From positions 832,001-896,000 of the forward strand of contig CBDCVR010000014.1 in NCBI GenBank assembly GCA_965223155.1: a stretch of DNA of 64,000 nt. The letters are read 5' to 3'. Source of the DNA: Candidatus Multivoradales bacterium. Lineage in GTDB: Bacteria > Acidobacteriota > Thermoanaerobaculia > Multivoradales > JAHEKO01. The position numbers and the translations under genes are program-made. The notes under the pieces are model-generated. The model did no database searches. It saw only the letters and a program-made list of their open reading frames with translations, and had not been told where the DNA came from. Positions 20,384 through 29,944 of the stretch are shown one piece after another (position 1 is the first letter of the stretch; each line of letters starts with the position of its first letter).

Positions 20384-20818
20384 TCAGCGTAGCGGGTCGA
20401 TCGGGTCGAGGAAGCCGAACTTGTGAAAGTCGGTGTCGCGGGTGTAGATCGCGCGCAGGCCGTGCTCGCGCATGAGGGCGGCGATGTGGAAGTCGTGAAC
20501 GAGATTGCCAGTCACGTCGGGCACTTCCCGCGCGAGCTCCCGAACGACGTCGGCGTGGCGCTCGGTCGCGACCAGTACCCGGAAACCCGGAGAGGCGGCG
20601 AGTGCCTCAACGAAGCCCCAGGCCTCGGCGAAGCTCCAGGGCCTTTCCATCACTCGCCGGTGGGTGGTCACCCGCACGAACTCGTAGAGAATGCTCCAGG
20701 TCGAATACCAGGCGCCCGAGCCGGAGCGCCAGCTCTCGACCAGCTCGCGGCAACGCTCGTGTCCGGCGGAGTCGCGGTCCGCTGCGTAGACCAGAACGTT
20801 GGTATCGACGACGAACAC
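20384..20818 (-). CDS. vapC: VapC-family PIN-domain toxin
   Basis: VDTNVLVYA, EFVRVTT, GNLVHDFHIAALMREHG, TRDTDF. Confidence 0.93.
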   Translation of the reverse strand: MFVVDTNVLVYAADRDSAGHERCRELVESWRSGSGAWYSTWSILYEFVRVTTHRRVMERPWSFAEAWGFVEALAASPGFRVLVATERHADVVRELAREVPDVTGNLVHDFHIAALMREHGLRAIYTRDTDFHKFGFLDPIDPLR

Positions 20819-20847
20819 GATTTCGCGAATCTCCCCGCCGGAGGCCG

Positions 20848-21075
20848 CTAGCGGCCTTCCATCGCTTCGTACAGGGCGTCTCGGTCACTCACGTCAACGC
20901 GCGCTCCCCCGCCGGAAAAGGCCGGAAGCGCCGGCAACTCGACCGGCACGGCTTCCTCCTCGAGCAACCGCCTCAGAGCCGTCTCCACAAGCTCAGACAT
21001 GGTGCGACCTTGCCTTGCCGCTTCCGCTTTCAGTTGCCTCATGACGCCGTCCTCGATCGTGAGCGTGGTCTTCAT
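20848..21075 (-). CDS. vapB: VapB-type ribbon-helix-helix antitoxin
   Basis: MKTTLTIEDGVMRQLKAEAARQGRTMSELVETALR; directly upstream of the PIN toxin. Confidence 0.88.
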   Translation of the reverse strand: MKTTLTIEDGVMRQLKAEAARQGRTMSELVETALRRLLEEEAVPVELPALPAFSGGGARVDVSDRDALYEAMEGR

Positions 21076-21111
21076 ATGGAAAACCATATTGAACAAACGG
21101 ATTTCTGTCAA
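21074..21111 (-). promoter_or_regulatory. Sigma70 promoter TTGACA-17-TATGGT with overlapping operator ATATGG-N4-CCATAT for vapBC
   Basis: -35 at 21111-21106, -10 at 21088-21083, ATG 7 nt further; palindrome 21074-21089. Confidence 0.75.
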
Positions 21112-21193
21112 CCATCGTGTTGCCTCCCTCACGAGAGACGGCAACGCCCCGGGGAATCTCGCACCGGAGCGCAAATCGCATATGGTTCGCGCC

Positions 21194-22792
21194 ATGCGCG
21201 CAGCGCCCAGCTCTCGAGCCGGCCGGAAGTACTCCCGCTACGCGCTGGCGGTCCTGGTCCTCGTTTACGTGGTCAACTTCATCGACCGGCAGATCCTGTC
21301 GATCCTGGCCGAGGACATCAAAGCGGATCTGGGGCTCTCCGACGCCAGCCTGGGATTCCTCTACGGCACGGCGTTCGCCGTCTTCTACGCCATCTTCGGC
21401 ATCCCTCTGGGCCGTCTCGCCGATCGATGGAACCGTAAGAACCTGATCGCGCTCGGACTCTTCGTCTGGAGCCTCTTGACCGCGCTGTCGGGCACCGCCC
21501 GTGGCCTGGCGAGCCTGGCGAGCTATCGCATCGGCGTCGGCATCGGCGAATCGAGCGCCAGCCCGGCGGCGTTCTCGCTCTTGGGCGACTACTTCCCGCC
21601 CCGCCGGCGAGCCACCGCGGTCGCCATCTACTCGAGCGGCGTCTTTCTGGGCTCGGGCATCGGAATGTTCCTGGGCGGCTGGATCGTGGACGCTTGGAAC
21701 GGGCGCTTTCCCGCCGGCGGCCCGCTGGGCCTGGTGGGCTGGCAGGCGGCCTTCATCGCGGTGGGCGCCCCGGGCCTCGTGCTGGCGCTCTGGGTCTGGA
21801 CCCTGCGCGAGCCCGAGCGCGGCGTCTTCGACGGCGGCGCGGCGACGGCCCAGCCGGCCGGCGCCACCGAAGCCCGGCCGCTACGGCTGCTGCTCTCCGA
21901 GGTCGCCGCCGTCTTGCCGCCCCTCACCGTCGTGTCGCTGACACGCGCCGGAGCCGGACGCAGACGCCTCGCCGCCAACCTGGGCCTGGCCGCTGCCTGC
22001 GCTCTCGGTGCCTGCGCCCTTACCGCCTGGACCGGGGACGCGACCCAGTGGATCGCGCTGGGCGTCGGTTGCTATGCCTTCGGTTCCTGGCTCCAGGGTT
22101 TGGCGCTTCGCGACCGGCCGGCCTACGAGCTCATCTTCCGCAGCCCGACCATGGTCTTCGCCATGCTCGGCTTCGGCTTCATGTCGTTCGTCGGCTACGG
22201 CATCAGCTTCTGGTTCGCGCCGCTCTTCCTGCGTTCCTACGAGGTCACGACCGCCCAGGTCGGCCTGGTCCTGGGTCTGGTGACCGCGATCTCCGGCTGG
22301 CTGAGCGTTACTCTGGGCGGCTTCGCCTCAGACTGGCTCAAGGAACAAACGCCACGGGCGCGACCCTACGTCGGCATGGCAACAGCGGTGGCCGCGACCG
22401 GGGCCGCGGTGGCATTCCTGCGCGCGTCTTCGATCGACACGGCCTACGCCCTGGTCTTCGTCTTCCAGTTCGCGACGCCCTTCTGGATCGGATCGGCGGT
22501 AGCGCTTGCCAACGAGATCGTCCTGCCCCGCATGCGGGCGACCGCCTCGGCCTTCTACCTGCTGTCGGTCACCTTCATCGGCCTTGCCCTCGGCCCCTAC
22601 ACCATCGGCAAGCTGAGCGACGCCTTCACCGCCGGCGGCCTGAGTGACGGCGCGGCCTTGCGCCGGGCTCTGGCCTGGGCGGTCGCCGCCTACGGCGTGG
22701 CCTTCGTCTGCTTCCTGCTGGCGAGCCGTACGGTCGAGCGCGACGAAACCGGCCGCATCGAGCGGGCGCGGGCGGCCGGCGAACCCATCTGA
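21194..22792 (+). CDS. MFS transporter, spinster-like
   Basis: NFIDRQILSILAEDIKADLGLSD, GRLADRWNR, GIGESSASPA; many TM helices. Confidence 0.93.
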   Translation: MRAAPSSRAGRKYSRYALAVLVLVYVVNFIDRQILSILAEDIKADLGLSDASLGFLYGTAFAVFYAIFGIPLGRLADRWNRKNLIALGLFVWSLLTALSGTARGLASLASYRIGVGIGESSASPAAFSLLGDYFPPRRRATAVAIYSSGVFLGSGIGMFLGGWIVDAWNGRFPAGGPLGLVGWQAAFIAVGAPGLVLALWVWTLREPERGVFDGGAATAQPAGATEARPLRLLLSEVAAVLPPLTVVSLTRAGAGRRRLAANLGLAAACALGACALTAWTGDATQWIALGVGCYAFGSWLQGLALRDRPAYELIFRSPTMVFAMLGFGFMSFVGYGISFWFAPLFLRSYEVTTAQVGLVLGLVTAISGWLSVTLGGFASDWLKEQTPRARPYVGMATAVAATGAAVAFLRASSIDTAYALVFVFQFATPFWIGSAVALANEIVLPRMRATASAFYLLSVTFIGLALGPYTIGKLSDAFTAGGLSDGAALRRALAWAVAAYGVAFVCFLLASRTVERDETGRIERARAAGEPI

Positions 22793-22834
22793 CGGTACCC
22801 GCGGGAACCTCCCGAGGGGCCCGCAGGGAGGCAC

Positions 22835-22865
22835 TTGACATACTGTACTAGTACAGCGATACACT
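22835..22865 (+). promoter_or_regulatory. TTGACA -35 and YtrA-type operator TGTACTA-N6-CGATACA
   Basis: TTGACA 22835-22840 and perfect palindrome CTGTACTAGTACAG 22843-22856, directly before the GntR gene. Confidence 0.72.
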
Positions 22866-22872
22866 TTTGCTC

Positions 22873-23319
22873 GTGACAGGAGCTCAACATTCGAAAAGTC
22901 CAACGCTCGGAGGGCTCGTCATCGACACCGCCGACGCCCGTCCGATCTGGCGCCAGTTCGAGGAAGGCATCGCGCGACTCATCCTCTTCGGCCACCTGCA
23001 GCCGGGATCGCCGCTGCCCTCGGTCCGGGATCTCGCTCGCAGACACCTGGTCAACCCGGCGACGATCGCCAAGGCGTATCAGAGTCTGGGCCGCACGGGC
23101 TTGGTCGAGGTCCGGCTGGGCGCTGGCACGTTCGTCGCCGCCGAGCCGCCCACGCTGGATCGTAAGCAGCGAGAGGCGTTCCTCGGAGATCGAATCACGG
23201 AGCTGGTCGAGCTGGCGCTCGCCCTCGGCTTCGAGTCGTCTGAGTTGGCCGCCTTGCTCGAGGCTCGCTGGAACGAGCTCGCCGAGCCAACGACACCCAA
23301 GGAGGACCGTCCTTCATGA
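22873..23319 (+). CDS. GntR-family regulator, YtrA subfamily
   Basis: PIWRQ, LPSVRDLA, VNPATIAKAY, GAGTFV; short C-terminus; start codon uncertain. Confidence 0.9.
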   Translation: MTGAQHSKSPTLGGLVIDTADARPIWRQFEEGIARLILFGHLQPGSPLPSVRDLARRHLVNPATIAKAYQSLGRTGLVEVRLGAGTFVAAEPPTLDRKQREAFLGDRITELVELALALGFESSELAALLEARWNELAEPTTPKEDRPS

Positions 23320-24227
23320 CTCAGCCCCAGATTTCCCTTCAGGACGTGGCGGTCGGCTACGGCGGCGAGCCGGTCCTCCAAGGCGTTGGCTTCGAGGTCG
23401 CCCAGGGCGAGGTCTACGCACTCCTCGGCCGCAACGGCACCGGCAAGTCGACGCTGCTCAAGAGTCTCGTCGGCCAGCGCCCGGTGGTGGCCGGAGCGAT
23501 CCGGATCGCCGGCCTGGATCCCTGGACGGATCGGAAGCGCCTCATGGCCGGCCTCGGCTACGCGCCCGAGTTCCCGGACGCTCCACGCGACGCGACCGTG
23601 AGCCAGCTCCTGGACTTCTGCGCACCGCTCTACCCGAGCTGGGATCGGCCGGGGGCGATCGCGCGGTGCACCCGTCACTCGATCCCGACGAACCGCCCCT
23701 TCTCCCAACTCTCGCGTGGTCAGCGGTCGATGGCGTCGATCGCTCTCGCCCTGGCCTCCGAGCCGAGCGTGCTGGTGCTGGACGACCCGACGCTGGGGCT
23801 CGACTCGACCGCGCGCCGGGCACTCTATGAGGAGCTGATCGGGCACCAGGCCGACGTGCAACCCACGGTCCTCATCGCCAGCCACGACCTGCGAGGCATC
23901 GAGACCATCGCCGATCGCGTAGGAATCCTGGACGCGGGCCGCCTGGTCGTGGACGAGCCGATCGAGGCGCTGCGCGCCCGCTTGCGCCGGGTCTCGCTGC
24001 CAGACGAGGCTTCGTATTCGCTTTCGCAGCCGGCCGCCTTCGCCAAGTCCGAAACGTCGACGGAAATCCCGGCCGGAGCGGCCGAGGTCGTCGTTTCGAC
24101 CGAAGAGGCCGAGCGTCTGGGCAGGGTTCCGGGAGCTGCGGTTTCGGCCTTGTCTCTGGAAGACCTAATGGACACTCTGGTGGGCCCCGCATCCAAAGCC
24201 GGCACCGCCGACAGGGAGGCATCATGA
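23316..24227 (+). CDS. ABC transporter ATP-binding protein (YtrB-like)
   Basis: GRNGTGKST, LSRGQ, LDDPTLGLD, ASHDL. Confidence 0.93.
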   Translation: MTQPQISLQDVAVGYGGEPVLQGVGFEVAQGEVYALLGRNGTGKSTLLKSLVGQRPVVAGAIRIAGLDPWTDRKRLMAGLGYAPEFPDAPRDATVSQLLDFCAPLYPSWDRPGAIARCTRHSIPTNRPFSQLSRGQRSMASIALALASEPSVLVLDDPTLGLDSTARRALYEELIGHQADVQPTVLIASHDLRGIETIADRVGILDAGRLVVDEPIEALRARLRRVSLPDEASYSLSQPAAFAKSETSTEIPAGAAEVVVSTEEAERLGRVPGAAVSALSLEDLMDTLVGPASKAGTADREAS

Positions 24228-26152
24228 AATCGTTCTGGGCCTTGGTTCTCTTCGACCTTCGGCGCAACTGGTTGGTCCTTGCGGTTGGCCTTCTGGTGGC
24301 AGCGTTCGCCGCCGCCCTGCCCCTCATGCCAGGGGTCCATGATGCCGACGACGACGTCCGGCTCGCCGCCGGCATCGCGGCGGGTCTGGCGCTGGCGCTG
24401 GGCGCGGCCGCGGTCCTGGCCGTCTCCGGCACCGCCAGCGAGCTGGAACGCGGCACGCACGCCTTCTTCTGGTCGCTCCCCGTCGACGCGCCCGGGATCT
24501 GGCTGGGCCGCCTGGCGGCGCGGGTGCTCCTGGCGCTGGGTGCCGGGCTTCTTGCGGCCCTCCCCGCGCTTGGCAGCCGGGCGCTGCTGCAACAAGGCTT
24601 GTCACCGCTGTCCGGGTTTTCCCTCTCGCCGTCCGAACCGAGCTCTTGGATGTTCGCGATCCTGGTTCTCGTCGCCGTCTACGGCATCGTCCACTTCCTC
24701 ACGGTGGCGTTCCATGCCCGGGGCAAATGGCTCCTGATCGACGCCTTCTGGATCACCGCGGTGCTGACCCTCGGTGCGTGGTCGTTCGCGACCCTGGCCG
24801 AGGCCGGAGCCTGGCGGGCGTGGCCGGTTCTCGCCGGCAGCCGGATCGGCGCCCTCGCGGTCGCCGTCCTGGTCGCAGGGCTGGCGCAGGCGGAGTTCGG
24901 ACGGAGCGACCTGGCACGCAGCCATCGCTGGATGTCGGCGGTTCTGGGCGCTTTCCTGCTCGTCCTGGCCCTGGGACTCGCGGCCGAGGCCCGCCGCGTA
25001 GCCCAGCCGGAGCCGGGGGATCTCGCTGGGATCCAAAGCGTTCGCTCCCTCCCGAACGGCTGGCTCTTCGTCGCCGGCTCGGTCGACCCCGATCCCTTCT
25101 ATTTCCGGAGTTTCCTCTGGCATCCCGACTCTGGCCGAGCCCATCGTTTCGGCCGGCTGCGCCGGGGCCCGTTTCGGTCACGAGACGGACGAACCGTGGT
25201 CTGGCTCACCGCCGAACCCTCGGGACCGTCGAGTCACCGGCTCTGGAAAGCCGACATGGCCGGCGCCGCGTTGCATCCGCAGCCCACCGGGATCGACTTC
25301 CCGTCGCTGCCGAGCCGAGTGGCCGTGTCTCCCGACGGAACACTTCTGGCAACCGTCCACTCGCGAACCATCGAGGTCCGGAACCTCGATTCCGGCCGCC
25401 GGCTGCACGAGCTCGAGACTGACGGCTACCCGGACGGAATCGCCTTCCGGGCCGACGGCCACGTTGCCATCATCGCCCGCACGAACCTGGACCGCGGCCG
25501 CCGGCGCCACGCTCTCCTGGACTGGAACCTGGGCAACGGGTCCGTCACCTCGCTGGCCGAAACCACCGGGACCGGTTCGTCGAGCGACCATCACCCGGAC
25601 CGGCGCCGCTGGCTCGCCGGCCAGGCTCTGATCGACGGGCTCTCGGGACGAGTGCTGGCCGACCTCAGCTCTGAAGTTGACGACCCCAAGAGGACCGCGT
25701 TCCGCTTTCTCTTCGACGGAACCATCATCGGCTACGAGCCCTATCCGGAGGGCGAGAGCGCCTTGTACGTTTTCGAGGAAGCAGGCACTCTCCGCCAACG
25801 ACTCCCCGTCGGGCCGGCCGTTTCGATCCACGTCGGCGGTCAGCCGAGTGCCGGCCAGCTCCTGCTCGCCGTCAGCCACGACACCTTCGAGTCGCAAGGT
25901 CGGGCAACCCGCGGCCCGAACGGCCGCCACTGGCAGACCTACCGAATCGATCTCGACCGCGGCACCCGGACGTTGGTCGGGCCGGTCCTTCCGGCTGCGC
26001 GTCCGGGCAGCGAGCCGGCCAGCGCCGACGCCAGGCTCTTCGTCGCCAACGACGGCCGCCTGGTAGAGCACTCCAAGGACGGGACTTGGCGAACCCTGAC
26101 CCGCGGCCGCCCGGCCCGGGAGCCGTCGGTCCTGCCCGCCGCCGGGTCCTAG
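24224..26152 (+). CDS. ABC-2-type permease fused to a probable beta-propeller domain
   Basis: About 7 TM helices with ELERGTHAFFWSLP, then repeats RSRDGRTVVW, VSPDGTLLA, FRADGHVA. Confidence 0.75.
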   Translation: MKSFWALVLFDLRRNWLVLAVGLLVAAFAAALPLMPGVHDADDDVRLAAGIAAGLALALGAAAVLAVSGTASELERGTHAFFWSLPVDAPGIWLGRLAARVLLALGAGLLAALPALGSRALLQQGLSPLSGFSLSPSEPSSWMFAILVLVAVYGIVHFLTVAFHARGKWLLIDAFWITAVLTLGAWSFATLAEAGAWRAWPVLAGSRIGALAVAVLVAGLAQAEFGRSDLARSHRWMSAVLGAFLLVLALGLAAEARRVAQPEPGDLAGIQSVRSLPNGWLFVAGSVDPDPFYFRSFLWHPDSGRAHRFGRLRRGPFRSRDGRTVVWLTAEPSGPSSHRLWKADMAGAALHPQPTGIDFPSLPSRVAVSPDGTLLATVHSRTIEVRNLDSGRRLHELETDGYPDGIAFRADGHVAIIARTNLDRGRRRHALLDWNLGNGSVTSLAETTGTGSSSDHHPDRRRWLAGQALIDGLSGRVLADLSSEVDDPKRTAFRFLFDGTIIGYEPYPEGESALYVFEEAGTLRQRLPVGPAVSIHVGGQPSAGQLLLAVSHDTFESQGRATRGPNGRHWQTYRIDLDRGTRTLVGPVLPAARPGSEPASADARLFVANDGRLVEHSKDGTWRTLTRGRPAREPSVLPAAGS

Positions 26153-26167
26153 CCCGGCCTTCTCAGG

Positions 26168-27808
26168 CTAGTAGCCTTCGGCCCAGCCGTTCAAGACTTC
26201 GCTGGTGAATCCCTGGAGGCGGGGTTTCTTGTCCCCGACCGTCACCGCCGCCCAGAAGCCGGTGCCAGCGAAGTCGAGCGGCGACATCTCGAGGATGGGA
26301 ATGCCCCGGTCGCGCATGGTTTGGAGCAGGTCGCCGTCGAACTGATTCTGGGTGACCCGCGTCGGCCAGCGCGAGACCGGATCGTCCGAGCGCAGCGGCG
26401 AGCGAAAGATCGGACTCTCGATCGCCTGCTTCGGGTTCTTGCCGAAGTCGAGCACATTGACCAGGCTCTGGATCGTGGCTTCGAAGAGGCCGTTGCCGAT
26501 GGCGCTCGAGGCCAGGACCGGCTGCCGCTTGCGAGTCACGATCACCGGCAGGGTGCCGCTCCAGATGCGCTTGCCCGGTCCGGCGGTCAGAATCCGCCGC
26601 TGCTGGCGCTTGGCCGCATCGGGAATCGAGACGCCATCCACGAAGATCCCGGTCTCGCCCCAGGCCAGAGTGTTGATGCTGTGAAGCACCGCCGCGACGT
26701 TGCCTTCCTCGTCAACCGTCACCACGGCGTCCGAGTGCCCGAGAGGAGGCAGGGAGTTGTAGATCGCCCGCGTGTTCGCCATCAGCTCGTAGAGGCTGTC
26801 GGCGGACTCGGTGTAGTGGCCGGCAGCACCGAAATCGTGGGCCTTCAAGGCGCGCAGCGCCCGAGCGGTAATCGCCCCGCCCGAGCCGGGCTTCGACGGC
26901 GCCCAGACCACGACGTCGCGGTAGCGGGCCCGTTTGGCCCGCTTCAGGATCGGCTTGTAGGCGGCGAGATCCGCCATCGTCATCTTGCCGCCCTCGGCCG
27001 CGAGCGCCGCGACCAATTGCTCGCCCCACGCGCCCTCGTACATGTACCCCGCGCCCTCGCTGGCCACGTTCCGCAGGGTCTCGGCCAGCGCCGGCTGCTT
27101 GAAGAGGTCGCCCGCTTGGTACAGGTTGCCGTCCGGCTTGAAGAAGATCGAGCGGCCCTCGGCGGTGCGGCTCAGCACACCGCGCCGGAACTCCAGGGTC
27201 GACGCCAGACCGACGTCGAGCACGAATCCCTCCTCGGCGAAATAGATGGCCGGCGCGAAGAGCTCCTCCCAGGGCAGGCGGCCGAAGCGGTCGTGCGCCC
27301 GTTCCACCCCGGCCATGAAGCCGGGCACCATCGCGGTGCGGCCGCTGGGAGCGTCGAACGGGATCGAAAGTGGATCGTCTTCGCCGAGGACGGTCGTGAA
27401 CTCGCCGTTGAGATACGTGACCTTCCGGGTGTCGGCCTCGTAGTGGATCATGGTGAAGATGCCGGCGAAGCTGACCCAGCTACCGGCCGCCAGGGTCACT
27501 TGGGCAAGCGAAGTGGCGATCGCCGCGTCCACCGCCGAGCCGCCCTGCTTCAGGGCTTCGAGCCCGGCCCGGACGGCCAGCGGCCCGGTGGTGCCCACCA
27601 CCATGCCTCGCCGTCCCTTGCCGAGCTTCTTGGGCCCGCCGTCCTCTTGCAGCTTCGAGTACCGGGCGAGCTCGCTCTTCGGCCAGCTCGCCGGGGAAAG
27701 ATCCGCCTGGCTCAGCAGAGGGCTAGCGGGCACGGCCAGCAGCAAGAACGCCACGAACCCGGCCACGAGGCCGCGGGTCTTGAGAACAAAGAGAGCCGAA
27801 GAACCCAT
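26168..27808 (-). CDS. Gamma-glutamyltransferase-family Ntn hydrolase, secreted
   Basis: GGSAVDAAIA, VPGFMAG, RFGRLPW, PAIYFAEEGF, QPALAETL, HSDAVVTVDEEGN. Confidence 0.9.
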   Translation of the reverse strand: MGSSALFVLKTRGLVAGFVAFLLLAVPASPLLSQADLSPASWPKSELARYSKLQEDGGPKKLGKGRRGMVVGTTGPLAVRAGLEALKQGGSAVDAAIATSLAQVTLAAGSWVSFAGIFTMIHYEADTRKVTYLNGEFTTVLGEDDPLSIPFDAPSGRTAMVPGFMAGVERAHDRFGRLPWEELFAPAIYFAEEGFVLDVGLASTLEFRRGVLSRTAEGRSIFFKPDGNLYQAGDLFKQPALAETLRNVASEGAGYMYEGAWGEQLVAALAAEGGKMTMADLAAYKPILKRAKRARYRDVVVWAPSKPGSGGAITARALRALKAHDFGAAGHYTESADSLYELMANTRAIYNSLPPLGHSDAVVTVDEEGNVAAVLHSINTLAWGETGIFVDGVSIPDAAKRQQRRILTAGPGKRIWSGTLPVIVTRKRQPVLASSAIGNGLFEATIQSLVNVLDFGKNPKQAIESPIFRSPLRSDDPVSRWPTRVTQNQFDGDLLQTMRDRGIPILEMSPLDFAGTGFWAAVTVGDKKPRLQGFTSEVLNGWAEGY

Positions 27809-27952
27809 GACCCTCCGATTCTACGACGGTCGCCGACCGGCTTCCGGTTGCGAAGGCGACAGCCGACGCGGACCGCGGTCCGACCAGCCAGCGACGAGAT
27901 CCCCGCTTGCAACCGCCGCCTTGGAAGAGTACCTTGGAGCGGCAGGCGCGTT

Positions 27953-29851
27953 GTGCTCCAAACGGTACGGAATCCACTCCTCGCGATACTGGGTACCTTG
28001 ACCGTGGCGGTGAGCCCGGCCGAGTCCCAAGATCGCAGCCGGACCCCGGAGCCTCTTCCCTCGGCGACGGTGCGCCAGCCCGAAGCCATCCCCGAGCCTC
28101 AGCAAGCGACGCTGCTTCTGGTCTCGCTGGCTCAGCCCTCTCTGGAGGCCTACGACGACCGGCTCGGGTTCCACCAGCGCGGCCTCAGGCTGGACTGGAA
28201 GGACCCGATCCTGCGGCCGCGTTTCCGCTGGCAGCCGGGCGAGACCGGCGTTCGCTTGGTCGAATGGCAGCTCGCCACCGCGCCGTTTCCGGACGACCCC
28301 ACCGTGGCGCCGCCGGGCTTGCTGGCGAGCGGCGGCCGCTCGCTCCTGGCCGAGGGAGCTTCCGACGGGCAGTTCGAGATCGATCTCACGGCCTTCCGGC
28401 CCAAGAGCACGAGACAGCTCAGGTCCTACGACGCAGTGCCCTTCGACCCCGGCAAGGCTCGGCCCTACCTTTATGTGCGCGTGCGAGCAATAGAGGACAG
28501 CGGCGAGTTCGTGGGCCGTCCCAGCAACACCATCAAGCTCTTCTTCGGCAAGCCGGGCGCCCTCCAGAAACCCAAGCCCGATACCAACCCGCCGAGAGTC
28601 CGCCTGGTGCGGTATCAGTCCCCGAGGGCCTACAGGTTCGATTTTCAGTGCCATGGCCGGGCCACCCGCGACGTGGTGCTCAACGGGCAAGTCGTCATCG
28701 CCAAAGGCCAGAAGGGCAACCTCTGCCAGTCGAAGAGCAAGAGCTTCCTGGACCACATCGAGGACGCCCTCGGCAGCGTCGTGGATCTGGTGTCGAGCGC
28801 CGTCGACTGGGCCGCCGAGACCTACAACGGCCTCAAGGCCGAAGCGATGGGCGTGGCGGTCGGTGCGCTCAAGTCCAGTGGCATCGGCTGTGGCGGTGCC
28901 TGCCAAACCGTCGTCGGGATGGCCCTCGATGCGGGCTTGGCGGCCGCGGGCATGCCCCCAAGCCTGCCGGATTTCGACCAAGCCGTCGCCGGTCTGCAGC
29001 AGGGCGGCATCGACGCTCTCGGTCGCACGATGGCCGATGCCGCCATGTCCCAAGGAGTGCCCGAGCCGATTGCGCGCCAAGCCGGCCAGGAAGCCGCCGA
29101 GCGGCTGGTTGCCGAAGCCAAGAAGACCGTGGCCGCCACTCAGGGCGGGGGCGGTAGCAGCGTGTGGATGGTTGATCCCGCGGGGCTCTACAGCCCGGCG
29201 GTCCTGGTGGTCGAAGCGACGAACCTGGAGTCGGGCCGGCCCACCGAGCCCGCCTACCTCAAGTTGGATAGCGTCTTCTCCGGCCACGCGGGCCTCTTCG
29301 GGTTTACCGGCGCCAAGGTGCCGCCGCTCGCGCCCGGCACCTCGACCCTGGTGTCCTTCGAGCTCGAGCCGATCGACTGGGAGGCGGGTTGGATGGACCT
29401 GCTGCCCAAGCATGGCGATTGCCCCTCCTCGGGGCTCAACCTCGGGTTGAGCTGCTTCGTGGAGATGCGAAACGCCGCTCGGGCGGAGCTTGACCGGTGG
29501 ACCGATCTCTACGTCCACCGGCAGCATCACTTCCGGTTGGCGACGATCGCCGAGGACACGACTTACGACGAGGCGACTTTGGTCTGCTCGGGCAGCCAAC
29601 CCACGTGCGCGATCCGTTTCGACGCCCCCGCCTGGCGCGGCCACAGGATCGACGTCTGTGCCAGTTGGGGCAAGGACTGCGGACCGGCCGCCGCCCAGCT
29701 CTTCTGCCAGCGCATGGGCTACGACCGGGCGCTCCATTTCGAGCGCGCCGAGAACATCGGCGCCGAGACTCCGACCCGAACCCTGCTCGATGGCAAGACC
29801 TGCGCGGACGCCGGCTGCGACGGCTTCGCCAGCATCACCTGCGGTCGCTGA
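27953..29851 (+). CDS. Hypothetical secreted multi-domain protein with Cys-rich C-terminal domain
   Basis: 3' part of the 1176-aa ORF; GTG start gives a signal peptide (NPLLAILGTLTVAVSPAES); coding-like codon usage. Confidence 0.7.
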   Translation: MLQTVRNPLLAILGTLTVAVSPAESQDRSRTPEPLPSATVRQPEAIPEPQQATLLLVSLAQPSLEAYDDRLGFHQRGLRLDWKDPILRPRFRWQPGETGVRLVEWQLATAPFPDDPTVAPPGLLASGGRSLLAEGASDGQFEIDLTAFRPKSTRQLRSYDAVPFDPGKARPYLYVRVRAIEDSGEFVGRPSNTIKLFFGKPGALQKPKPDTNPPRVRLVRYQSPRAYRFDFQCHGRATRDVVLNGQVVIAKGQKGNLCQSKSKSFLDHIEDALGSVVDLVSSAVDWAAETYNGLKAEAMGVAVGALKSSGIGCGGACQTVVGMALDAGLAAAGMPPSLPDFDQAVAGLQQGGIDALGRTMADAAMSQGVPEPIARQAGQEAAERLVAEAKKTVAATQGGGGSSVWMVDPAGLYSPAVLVVEATNLESGRPTEPAYLKLDSVFSGHAGLFGFTGAKVPPLAPGTSTLVSFELEPIDWEAGWMDLLPKHGDCPSSGLNLGLSCFVEMRNAARAELDRWTDLYVHRQHHFRLATIAEDTTYDEATLVCSGSQPTCAIRFDAPAWRGHRIDVCASWGKDCGPAAAQLFCQRMGYDRALHFERAENIGAETPTRTLLDGKTCADAGCDGFASITCGR

Positions 29852-29944
29852 GCGGTCGCCGAGCGCCAGGCCTCCGCGTCTCTCGCCGCGGGCGGGGGCT
29901 TCCCGACCCGACGCTCGCCGGCCGGCGGCGACCGATCGCAAGGG

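Noticed and set aside
26321-27952. N-terminal half of the 1176-aa ORF as a giant protein
   Set aside because: It is the antisense shadow of the GGT gene; the real protein probably starts near 27953
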